64,000 bases of DNA, from NCBI GenBank assembly GCA_016182555.1, contig JACPGJ010000007.1, forward strand, positions 192,053 to 256,052, read 5' to 3'. Positions 39,015 to 47,945 of the stretch are shown piece by piece. The number at the start of each line of letters is the position of its first letter. The stretch's first letter is position 1. The DNA is from Candidatus Kerfeldbacteria bacterium (GTDB lineage Bacteria > Patescibacteriota > Patescibacteriia > UBA9570 > XYC2-FULL-38-9). The translations under genes were made by a program, and so were the position numbers. The notes below the pieces were generated by a model. The model had not been told where the DNA came from and did no database searches. It saw only the letters and a program-made list of their open reading frames with translations.

Positions 39015-39077
39015 GGTTTGGCAGTACCAGTTGCGTTGAGAGCTAGAGGAAGCTTTCCGCACAAAACTGCTTTTTTT
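39015..39077 (+). repeat. Array hairpin repeat, copy 8
   Basis: GGTTTGGCAGTACCAGTTGCGTTGAGAGCTAGAGGAAGCTTTCCGCACAAAACTGC plus T-run. Confidence 0.92.
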
Positions 39078-39195
39078 ATTTTGTGTAAACCCTATCAATT
39101 ATCTTATAACAACTATTATCTAAATTAAGGGCTAAAATAAGCTAATATTAGTAACTTTTACTCCTTTCTTATAATTTCTTATAACTTTAATACTC

Positions 39196-40623
39196 CTAAA
39201 AATTTGCTTCGTATGAAGCACCTCGTGTTTCTCCTAGCTGATGAATTAAGCCCATCTTTTGCATCTTGGCTAAATCATAATTAATGGTTGGACGTGGAGT
39301 ATCGGTGAGAATCTGTTCACATTCCTTTGCAGTGATTCTTTTATTTTCAATCAAATAATTCCAAATAGCTACTTGTCGCTCATTTAAACTACTCAGTTTC
39401 TCACCCATCAATATCACCTTAAAACTATTTACGGTATTTTTAAATATTGGAGGGATAAGATTCCACTGTTTCATTGTATTAAACACAATATCAATTCCTC
39501 TACCATATTCTTCCAGATAATCCAATTCTTTCAGCCGTGCAGCAATCATCTCATTTCTACTTGCTTGGGCATCTTTGATATTCTCTACGGTCACTCCAGG
39601 TGGCAAAGAGCCTGGATTAAACACTTCGATACGATCTTCAAATATATTTACCTGGGTATAGGTTTCAGTAATTCTGTAATCACGATGAATAATAGCATTT
39701 GCAACGATTTCACGAATAGCTTTTTCAGGATATTCATATTTTTCTACTCTCTTTGTGCCAATAATTTCAGCACTCCGTTTAATATTCCGTAATACAAACT
39801 TCTGTATTGCATCAATTTGTGTATCAAGCGTGCCATCAATATCCATTTTATCAATGATATCTGTTGCTACATTCGATCCTTTGTAGCGAACACATCGCAC
39901 AATATACCGACTAAAGTTTTGTTTGTTTTGTGGACGGTCTTTAGCAAAAATAAGAAATCCTCCAACAGTAGGCAATTGCTCACCATCAAATGTATCTACA
40001 ATTCCCAAATTCTTCATGAGTTCAAAATTCACATCTTCAATAACAATGTCACGATGAGTACGTTCACTGCTGCGTTGCACTAATCCAAGTATTTTTTCTT
40101 TCGACAAACCATCTAGTGTTGTGTCTTCTGCTTTTGTAGTATCGAATTTTAATTTTTTTGAGTTATCGATCAAGTGTCGCATCTCCTCTTCTGTCATTGT
40201 TCGATCCGTATTTCCATCTCGAATACAGGCACCTGAAGGCAATCCTTTTGGCTTGTAATAGCATGGCTTAAATTGATCAGGGCATTCGGGAATATAGACT
40301 GCTAATAATGTTTTTCCATCTCGTTCAATAATGTGATATGCAGGGCGAATAGTAAAACTCATTTCATTATTCACAAGGTCACCAATCTTTTCTTGTAGCT
40401 GGGCAATATCTGTTATTCCAACAACTTCCATTATCTTATCCTCTTTATTATCAACCACACCAAAAACCATCAACCCACCACCTGGCTTATGCGAAAAAGA
40501 AGAAACAGTTCTCCACGTCGTTGATGGACGACCTCCTCGTGCATCTTTAAATTCAACACTGATCGTTTCTGAAGAACGATTGAACGCTTCATCTATTAAT
40601 TTTTCTATCTCTGATATAGTCAT
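39196..40623 (-). CDS. AlbA/Schlafen-domain protein with HATPase_c_4 and wHTH domains
   Basis: E..SVEFK..SSFSH..GG.MVFGV; REIVANAIIHRDY; NPGSLP; EEYGRGI; start MTISEI. Confidence 0.85.
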   Translation of the reverse strand: MTISEIEKLIDEAFNRSSETISVEFKDARGGRPSTTWRTVSSFSHKPGGGLMVFGVVDNKEDKIMEVVGITDIAQLQEKIGDLVNNEMSFTIRPAYHIIERDGKTLLAVYIPECPDQFKPCYYKPKGLPSGACIRDGNTDRTMTEEEMRHLIDNSKKLKFDTTKAEDTTLDGLSKEKILGLVQRSSERTHRDIVIEDVNFELMKNLGIVDTFDGEQLPTVGGFLIFAKDRPQNKQNFSRYIVRCVRYKGSNVATDIIDKMDIDGTLDTQIDAIQKFVLRNIKRSAEIIGTKRVEKYEYPEKAIREIVANAIIHRDYRITETYTQVNIFEDRIEVFNPGSLPPGVTVENIKDAQASRNEMIAARLKELDYLEEYGRGIDIVFNTMKQWNLIPPIFKNTVNSFKVILMGEKLSSLNERQVAIWNYLIENKRITAKECEQILTDTPRPTINYDLAKMQKMGLIHQLGETRGASYEANF

Positions 40624-40778
40624 AAAATCTTTTCTATTTGGCTGCAGTATACAAAAATAACCCCTTCTCCACAAGGGTAAGAAATAGTGAGCTGGAGGGT
40701 GGACTACTATATATCAAGTGATAGGCCGTATAAGTTATTCGCTTGCTGTAATCCAGTTCTAACTTCGTCTACTATGCG

Positions 40779-41037
40779 ACCCCAAGCGGAATGATTATGT
40801 GCTAAGAAGATGGAATCGAAAGGTTTTTGCAAAGAAAACTGCACCTTTTGACCATCGAAGGACAGGTTCTGAAGTACCAGTTGGATAATTTCCCTTTTTT
40901 GGTCTAGTTCAGAACCGATAAACAATTCTTTACTACGGGAAGCGATGTTTAGTATTGCTATAGCGTCGATATAGTAACTTTCATCGGCTTTTTGTAGTTG
41001 CTCTAGCTTACTACGGTATTCGGTCTGCTTGGCACGA
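40779..41037 (-). repeat. Direct repeat copy 2 of the recombinase remnant
   Basis: About 11 substitutions versus 24407-24684 by my count; frame continues WGRIVDEVRT instead of into a tRNA. Confidence 0.8.
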
Positions 41038-42145
41038 CCATCTCTTCTACAGCAACTATTTGATACGGCCGTAATGTATACGTACTGGAAAATTCTACTG
41101 CATCACAACGATGTCGTTTATCTTCAATAACATACGAAATCAAATGTTCTTCACAAAATTGTTTCAGTGCTGATAAAAAACCACGTGGTATACGAACAAT
41201 TCCGTTTTCTTTTTCAATTAAATGAAAATATTTCTCTACCCCATATACACTTGCATGCATCTTTTTCTTTACCAAGTATTCTGCATTAATAAAATTCAAC
41301 TGTTCGGTTAAAAATTGTTTCAACGAAGCAGGAATTTGTACGGCAGAAATAGAAAGGTGAGTTCCAAGAGCAATATGAAGTTTTTTATCTTTGTGTTTTG
41401 GTTTCGACTCCTGTTTTACGGTCTCTATTCTTTCGAGTATTTGTTCAATCTGTTGCGGTTCAATGGTTTGAATAGTTTGCAAAAATTTCCACTGATCAGA
41501 ATATGCCTCAAAATTATTGTTTGGATCAACAAATACGGAGTTATTCTGTTGCCTGGCTTGCCACTGGAGCGGTAACGCAACCAAATTTCCAATGGCTTCT
41601 TTGCGTAAATAATCTTGATTGGGAATAAATCGATCAAAACTATCTAGCGGAACAAAATCTTCTGCGAGTCCTGCCAGCTGCAATAACTGAAACCCTAATT
41701 CGCGACTCAATGCTGCTGTACATGGTGTACTAAAAAACCACCAGACATGTGCTCCATTTCCAGACCTGGAACGTTCAACATACGCCGGAATATCATAGTG
41801 TACGCATTGCTCAAAAAATGCCACTGCGTCTTTTCGCCAAGTTGCTTCATCAAAATCTGCAACCAAAAAATACGACTTGTTATCTGGCAGCAACGGATAA
41901 ACACCCAACACCATTTTGCCTTCCAAATGTTTGCGAATATAGCCCTCGTTCAATTTCGGATACACACAATTGGTACATTTTTTCTTTTGTGTTTTTACAC
42001 AAACGCCCTCTTTCCATTCGTTTACACAAACTGGTGAATATCCTGAACGTGAACCATCTGCTTTTTCCCATCGTTTTGCAAATACATCATCACGCCCGTG
42101 AAACAGTGAAGAAAATAATTGAATTTTTTCTTCGGGAGTAAGCAT
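41038..42145 (-). pseudogene. Truncated AEP-primase-like (TOTE-type) plus SF2 helicase gene
   Basis: LF.GR.DVFA.RW, SGYSPVC.NEW, GVYPLL, ADFD, ERSRSGNGAHVW; breaks just after LRPYQ, before Walker A, at the repeat boundary. Confidence 0.75.
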
Positions 42146-42154
42146 ATATTCAAC

Positions 42155-42803
42155 TTAGTGTTTTACTATTTCTTCAAACTGTAATTGTTGAAGCTGCTCA
42201 GTAATCTCATCGTCCTCTAATGGCTCTGAATAATGAATAGCAAATATTTCGTTTTGCTTATCTTGGGTGGCAAGCTTCCAGTTACTCATGATGTTTTTGG
42301 GGCTGATTGGTTTGCGCACTTCTTTCTGTTTTACAAGTTCAATCACTTCATCAAAATCAATATTTAACTTCAAACAGATCATAGTGAAATCATAAAAATC
42401 ACGATAGCGTACTCGGTCATTCATTGCTCGAATTTTTTCTGCAGCAATCTCTCGCAGATCCATCACTCGCACCAGTGTATCTACTCCATACGCATTCTGG
42501 TATTTCATTTCTTGTGGTAAGAGTATCACATTCTGCAAAAATAGCTTTCACTTCCTCTACATCAAGCGGTGTACAATTTGTTGAAAAATCTAAATCTTCA
42601 GAAAAACGAAATTGTGGTAAATAGGTATGATGCAATGCCGTTCCACCTTTGAAAATGAGCTTATTGCGTAAAGGCGAATCATAAATAATTTTTGATACCA
42701 ACGTTAAAAAATAATCCTTTTCAGCAGCTGCCAAGGGATATTTTAATCCTTTACGGTTAATGATTTCTAATTCTTTTCTGGATAATAACGGTATTTTTCT
42801 CAT
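42155..42803 (-). pseudogene. AbiEii-like nucleotidyltransferase toxin, frameshifted
   Basis: EKDY, FKGGTAL, RFSEDLDF in one frame; AEKIRA..R.RDFYD in another; switch near 42530. Confidence 0.8.
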
Positions 42804-42807
42804 ATTG

Positions 42808-43587
42808 CTATTTTCTGAAATGTGAATGGTAATATAAACGCCATTTTGCATTAAATTCTGTGCTGTCTGTTGTCATTTTGCTGTACCCTTTTTTGTGTGA
42901 AACGAATGCATGAATCTCTTGGAAGTCTATCCCCTGCTGATCAAAGAGAAAACCCATCATGCGCTGCACCAGTGTCTGTTCCTTTTCTAAAAATACAATC
43001 AACTGCGAAATATTCAAATTATGATAATGTTCTTGTAATTTTTCCTTTACGATATCAACAGAGCGGAATGTTCGATCAAAATGCAATAAATCAAGCAATG
43101 CCTTTTCGGGTGTTGCAATATTCACATAATTATTTTCTACCACTTCTTGTGTAAAACCAAAATAGTATTTTGCCTGTGTACGGATAAATTGATAGTATAT
43201 TCCCTGAATTGTTCTAGATTGTTGTTTTTCAGTTGTCACAGATCGAACTGTCTGCAGTAATTGGTCAAACATGCCATGATATTGCAATGCCGCCTCACAG
43301 GAAACATATGATTGAGGTTCAAGGTTTTGAGCTATCACCATGGGCGACACAGTCACGCTGCCTAATGATTCCATACTCGTAATGAAATAGAGTTTCCGCT
43401 TAAGCCGAACAAGCCATCCTTTTTTGATGAGCGAATCAATCCATTTATGAATATACTGCTCACTTTGTGTAAATTTCTGAGCTTCTTTCTGCAGCTGTTC
43501 AAAGGTAACCACTACACCATACGAAATAATAGCATTTTCTAGTAATAGAAGGTCTTTCTTATTCAAGATTGTACTTTTTGAATCCAT
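42808..43587 (-). CDS. AbiEi-like type IV antitoxin
   Basis: KGWLVRLKRKLY, SYVSCEAALQYHG, IATPEKALLD; directly upstream of AbiEii. Confidence 0.85.
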   Translation of the reverse strand: MDSKSTILNKKDLLLLENAIISYGVVVTFEQLQKEAQKFTQSEQYIHKWIDSLIKKGWLVRLKRKLYFITSMESLGSVTVSPMVIAQNLEPQSYVSCEAALQYHGMFDQLLQTVRSVTTEKQQSRTIQGIYYQFIRTQAKYYFGFTQEVVENNYVNIATPEKALLDLLHFDRTFRSVDIVKEKLQEHYHNLNISQLIVFLEKEQTLVQRMMGFLFDQQGIDFQEIHAFVSHKKGYSKMTTDSTEFNAKWRLYYHSHFRK

Positions 43588-43718
43588 TTAATAACCAATT
43601 ATGGTATATATCTATGTTTAGTATATACTATTGTCTTATTTTATGCAATACCCACTCAACATTGAGCTAAAAAACAACAAACTGCTATAATCAGAATATA
43701 AACAAATTTTTACACAGT

Positions 43719-44300
43719 ATGAGCAAGCCATCAATGACTGCAGCCAAAAAAAAGTTGTCACCGGAACAACGTAAAAAACTCCTGGAAATCTTGAAAACCC
43801 GTTTTGAGAAAAACATGAACCGTCACAAAAGTATAAAGTGGGCCAGCGTACAAACCAAGCTTACAGCGAAACAGGCAAAACTGTGGTCACTCAACGAAAT
43901 GGAAAAAACCTCCGGTGAACCGGATGTTGTTGGGTTTGATAAAAAAACTGGCGAATACATTTTTGTTGATTGCTGCGCGGAAAGCCCCACAGGACGCAGA
44001 AGTTTGTGTTACGACCGTAAAGCCCTTGAATCGAGAAAAGAACACAAACCAAAAAATACTGCTGTTGAGATGGCAAACAGCATGGGCATTGAACTATTAA
44101 CAGAAGACCAATACCGGCAGTTGCAGCAACTGGGAGAATTCGATACGAAAACATCAAGTTGGGTAAAAACACCCGCCGGTATTAGAACACTCGGCGGCGC
44201 GCTGTTTTGTGACCGCCGCTACGACACAGTCTTTGTGTATCACAACGGTGCCGAATCGTACTATGCCGCCAGGGGGTTCCGTGGCGAGCTGCGGGTCTAA
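43719..44300 (+). CDS. DUF4256-family protein
   Basis: RFEKNMNRH, MEKTSGEPDVV, ESPTGRRSLCYD, HNGAESYYAARGFRG. Confidence 0.82.
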   Translation: MSKPSMTAAKKKLSPEQRKKLLEILKTRFEKNMNRHKSIKWASVQTKLTAKQAKLWSLNEMEKTSGEPDVVGFDKKTGEYIFVDCCAESPTGRRSLCYDRKALESRKEHKPKNTAVEMANSMGIELLTEDQYRQLQQLGEFDTKTSSWVKTPAGIRTLGGALFCDRRYDTVFVYHNGAESYYAARGFRGELRV

Positions 44301-44352
44301 TGGTTTTTTAATGAAGTGTAGTATATACTAACACTAATCATTTATTAGCATT

Positions 44353-44907
44353 ATGAATACACATTCTAGCCAACACATCCCAAATGAATCTGATAACAAC
44401 CGAACGCACACCAGCCGCCATATTATTAAAAGTTTCAAAGCGAAAGCTGATGCGAAACGCACAACAACAGAAAAAGCAGCTGATTGGTTAACAGAAAAAT
44501 CTGGCACCGTAGCGTTTCTGATCATCAATATCTTATTTTTTCTTGGTTGGATCCTGTTAAATACAGGCGTCATTCCAGGAATCACTCCATTTGATCCATT
44601 TCCTTTTGGTTTCATGACCACAGCCGTATCGTTGGAAGCGATCATTTTAGCGGTTGTCGTACTGATTTCTCAAAACCGAGAAGCCACGATTGCGGATATT
44701 CGTGAAGAGATTGATTTACAAGTGAATGTGATTACCGAAAATGAAATCACCAAATTGCTGGAAATGGTCACACTCCTCTTACAAAAACAAGAGATCGATA
44801 TCACTCTCGACAAAGAACTCAAAGAGATGTTGAAACCGATTAACGTGGCAAAAATTGAGAAATCTCTTGAACGACAAATCAATACCCATCAACGGCTGAC
44901 CGAATAA
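44353..44907 (+). CDS. DUF1003-family membrane protein
   Basis: FDPFPFGFMT..VSLEAI..VLISQNR. Confidence 0.85.
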   Translation: MNTHSSQHIPNESDNNRTHTSRHIIKSFKAKADAKRTTTEKAADWLTEKSGTVAFLIINILFFLGWILLNTGVIPGITPFDPFPFGFMTTAVSLEAIILAVVVLISQNREATIADIREEIDLQVNVITENEITKLLEMVTLLLQKQEIDITLDKELKEMLKPINVAKIEKSLERQINTHQRLTE

Positions 44908-44911
44908 CGCT

Positions 44912-46165
44912 ATGAACATAGCGATTATTGGCGGCGGCGCAGCAGGCATGATGGCCGCAGCCACGATTCAAGAACAGTTTCCGGACATGCACGAAATTTT
45001 TTTAGTGGAAAAAAATCCGGGGCTTGGACGGAAAGTGATTATCTCCGGTGGTGGCAGATGCAATGTCACCACGGGTCTGCAACAGGTGCGCGAGTTGCTC
45101 ACCAAATACCCGCGTGGTTCAAAATTTTTGAATGCGGCGATGCACCAATTCCCACCAGCGCACGTATACGCCTGGTTTGAAGTTCATGGTGTGCCCCTCA
45201 AAATAGAAAAAGACTTGCGGGTGTTCCCCCGCTCCAATGACGGCAAAGATATTGTGGGTGTGTTTGAACGTTTGTTTCGAACAAGCAAAACGACATTACT
45301 GCTCCATCACCATGTTCAAGAAATAAAAAAAATCAATAACCAATTTGCACTGGTCTATAAAGATGGCAGCACGCTCACTGTTGATCGGCTTATTCTGACC
45401 ACCGGCGGGCAAGCGCGGCGCTACACAGGCTCCTCAGGCGATGGATACACCTTTGCCGAATCACTTGGGCATACCATCACCCCACTTGCGCCCAGTTTGA
45501 ATGCCTTTCTCATCAAAGAAGCATGGCCCAAGACTATTAGCGGTGTGTCATTTGAACGCGTGACGATCTCCGCGTACACCCCCAAAAAAATATATACATT
45601 CACCGGTCCATTGTTGTTCACGCATCGCGGTATCAGCGGCCCCGCGGTATTCGCGCTGTCTTCTTTGGTCGCCTTTGAACACTACGACCAGCACACACCG
45701 CTGCCTGTACAAATTGATTTTTTTCCTGGCGAATCATTTGCCGCACTGGAAAAACGTGTGTGCGCGGCAATGGCTACCTCGCAAAAAACATTTTTCAAAA
45801 ATACTCTACGCCTATTTTTACCAAAATCGGTTGCAGAAATTTGCTGCGATCAAATACACATTCCCCTAGAGCGAAAAAATATCGAAACGAGTAAAGCGCA
45901 CGTTCATGGCGCCGTCACGTGGATGAAAGGTGCGCGCCTTCATGCTATTGGCCGTGGCTCTGGAGATGAATTTGTGACTGCCGGTGGTGTGAATCTGCAG
46001 GAAGTGAACCCGAGCACCATGCAATCTCGCATCACTCCTGGGTTGTTCTTCGCTGGAGAACTGCTCGACATTGATGGATTCACCGGCGGCTTTAATTTAC
46101 AAGCATCGTGGGCTACTGGACGACTCGCCGGAATGCACGCCGGAAAACCAATAGCGCGAGTTTAA
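44912..46165 (+). CDS. HI0933/YhiN-family flavoprotein
   Basis: GGGAAGMMAA, ISGGGRCNVT, FTHRGISGP, VTAGGV, GFTGGFNLQ. Confidence 0.92.
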   Translation: MNIAIIGGGAAGMMAAATIQEQFPDMHEIFLVEKNPGLGRKVIISGGGRCNVTTGLQQVRELLTKYPRGSKFLNAAMHQFPPAHVYAWFEVHGVPLKIEKDLRVFPRSNDGKDIVGVFERLFRTSKTTLLLHHHVQEIKKINNQFALVYKDGSTLTVDRLILTTGGQARRYTGSSGDGYTFAESLGHTITPLAPSLNAFLIKEAWPKTISGVSFERVTISAYTPKKIYTFTGPLLFTHRGISGPAVFALSSLVAFEHYDQHTPLPVQIDFFPGESFAALEKRVCAAMATSQKTFFKNTLRLFLPKSVAEICCDQIHIPLERKNIETSKAHVHGAVTWMKGARLHAIGRGSGDEFVTAGGVNLQEVNPSTMQSRITPGLFFAGELLDIDGFTGGFNLQASWATGRLAGMHAGKPIARV

Positions 46166-47022
46166 GATTCAATCAACACCAACCCAACAATCACGAGTAT
46201 TGCCGCAAAAAATAATTGCCGCGGATCTTTCTCTGTTTTTTTGAATAACAATAACTCAAGCAGAATAATAAAAATAGATTGTGTTCCTTCAGCCGTTTTC
46301 ACCAATATCAATGGCCCAATGCTGATCGCGAAACTCCGTGAAACTTGGGCACCCACATCGAGGAGCTCATTCAACGTCATCAGTTTCCAGACAGATCCAC
46401 TCATGTGCGCCTGAAAGGCACGACGACCATGCGTAGAAAATACCACGAAACACAAAGCGGTGAGCAACAAGCCAAATGAGCAGATCGCCAAACCTGTTTG
46501 AAAACCGGTCCGTTCAAACACCATTTTTTGCAACAATATTTCTACGGCAGACATGGTTGCGGCAAGGACCATTAAATGCCACGCTTTACTCAGGCCACGG
46601 TGCGCTCCTTTCGTATAACCGGCAACAATGGAACTGATAATGAGCAACACCACAGCCATATACTGGCCAATACTCAATCGATCACCAAGAAAAATGAGCG
46701 CAAAAGCAGTCACCAATACCGGAGTCAAATTCCACATCAATACATCCGAAGCTGGACCAGAAAATTTTAATGCATAAAAATAAGGCAGATACACAAGAAG
46801 ACCGATAATCCCCGAAGCCAGCCCTAGCGCGAGCGTCAACCACCCAGGCCATTGCGCGTGACCAAATAACAAAATCGCCATACAGGGGATTCCGCCAAAC
46901 AAACCGGTAATAATCATCAGCGTCAGTGGAGTACTGTGCTGCTTGTTCACCAGCCGGTCATCGATAATATTCGTTACTGCCCATAATGCTGGAGCAAGTA
47001 ACGCAAAAAAAAGCCAAATCAT
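46162..47022 (-). CDS. EamA/DMT-family transporter
   Basis: About 10 TM helices in two repeats; start MIWLFF. Confidence 0.8.
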   Translation of the reverse strand: MIWLFFALLAPALWAVTNIIDDRLVNKQHSTPLTLMIITGLFGGIPCMAILLFGHAQWPGWLTLALGLASGIIGLLVYLPYFYALKFSGPASDVLMWNLTPVLVTAFALIFLGDRLSIGQYMAVVLLIISSIVAGYTKGAHRGLSKAWHLMVLAATMSAVEILLQKMVFERTGFQTGLAICSFGLLLTALCFVVFSTHGRRAFQAHMSGSVWKLMTLNELLDVGAQVSRSFAISIGPLILVKTAEGTQSIFIILLELLLFKKTEKDPRQLFFAAILVIVGLVLIES

Positions 47023-47066
47023 TGCACAGCACAGTATAGCAGAATTATTGACCACCGTTCAACATT

Positions 47067-47936
47067 ATGATATTCTCGCGGCATATGAAAAATATGAGTA
47101 ACCGAGAACGAGAAGTACTCGAATGGTATCAAGAACAACCTCGCAAGTTGAACAAAGATTTTGTCAGCAATATTGAATGGAATGCAGTTCCAAAATATGA
47201 AATTGACCCAAAATTTTTGCCCGTCTTGCTCTATATGCGTGATGTCGAGGCCTTTACTGATGTGTATTACCGACAACTTCAACGCACGCCCACCGGAAAA
47301 GACCCTGTCATTCGCCAGTTCATGGACCAATGGCAACACGAAGAAGCGCAACATGCCTATTTGCTCGATCGATTTTTGAATGAAGCCGGTTTACCAACAG
47401 ACGCAAAGTGGTTTGAAAAAGCAAAAGCAAAAATTCCTCGCAGCTATAGCGTAAAGTCCTATATCAATACGTCTATTACGAACCTCTTTGGAAAAAAATT
47501 CAGCGCCGTGCACATGACCTGGGGCGCGATTAACGAACTCTCTACACTGCAGGGGTACAAACGGTTGTGGGAATTGGCGAAGCATCCGGTACTCGAACAT
47601 ATTTTGCGTGGCATTGCCTCTGAAGAATCGATTCATATTTTTTTCTACCGTAATGTGGCTCGCGTAAAACTAGAAGAATCAAAATTTTCCCGTAAATTAG
47701 CACGATTTGTGATTGAAAAATTCTGGACACCCGTTGGGCAAGGCACCAAACCAGAGCCAGAAACAAACTATGTGATTAAAACCTTGTTTAGCGGTACAGG
47801 TGGTTTAGAAACAGCAGATACGAATATCAATCGTTCCATTGCCTTACTCCCTGGCTTTGAAACAACAAAAAAAATTACCAATCGTATTGCGGAAGCAGTG
47901 CGTGCTGGTGAGCGCGCTGAATCTTCTGCCGCATAA
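47067..47936 (+). CDS. Ferritin-like diiron protein (acyl-ACP desaturase-like)
   Basis: DVE, WQHEEAQH, INE, SEESIH ExxH pairs, FWTPVG. Confidence 0.75.
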   Translation: MIFSRHMKNMSNREREVLEWYQEQPRKLNKDFVSNIEWNAVPKYEIDPKFLPVLLYMRDVEAFTDVYYRQLQRTPTGKDPVIRQFMDQWQHEEAQHAYLLDRFLNEAGLPTDAKWFEKAKAKIPRSYSVKSYINTSITNLFGKKFSAVHMTWGAINELSTLQGYKRLWELAKHPVLEHILRGIASEESIHIFFYRNVARVKLEESKFSRKLARFVIEKFWTPVGQGTKPEPETNYVIKTLFSGTGGLETADTNINRSIALLPGFETTKKITNRIAEAVRAGERAESSAA

Positions 47937-47945
47937 TACTTCCGC

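Larger units (their letters stand above)
24413..40778. mobile_element. Genomic island at tRNA-His carrying the TrmB/cargo array
   Basis: Starts at the tRNA 3' end and ends at the second copy of the ACCCCA-recombinase-remnant repeat; no intact integrase inside. Confidence 0.65.

Noticed and set aside
25183-39077. Array repeat as a CRISPR array
   Set aside because: Intervals are over 1 kb and contain whole genes; repeats vary in length; no cas genes in the window.
26411-39077. Array repeat as integron attC sites
   Set aside because: No consistent RYYYAAC..GTTRRRY ends; cassettes hold divergent gene pairs with their own promoter regions; no IntI-like integrase. A different recombination role is not excluded.
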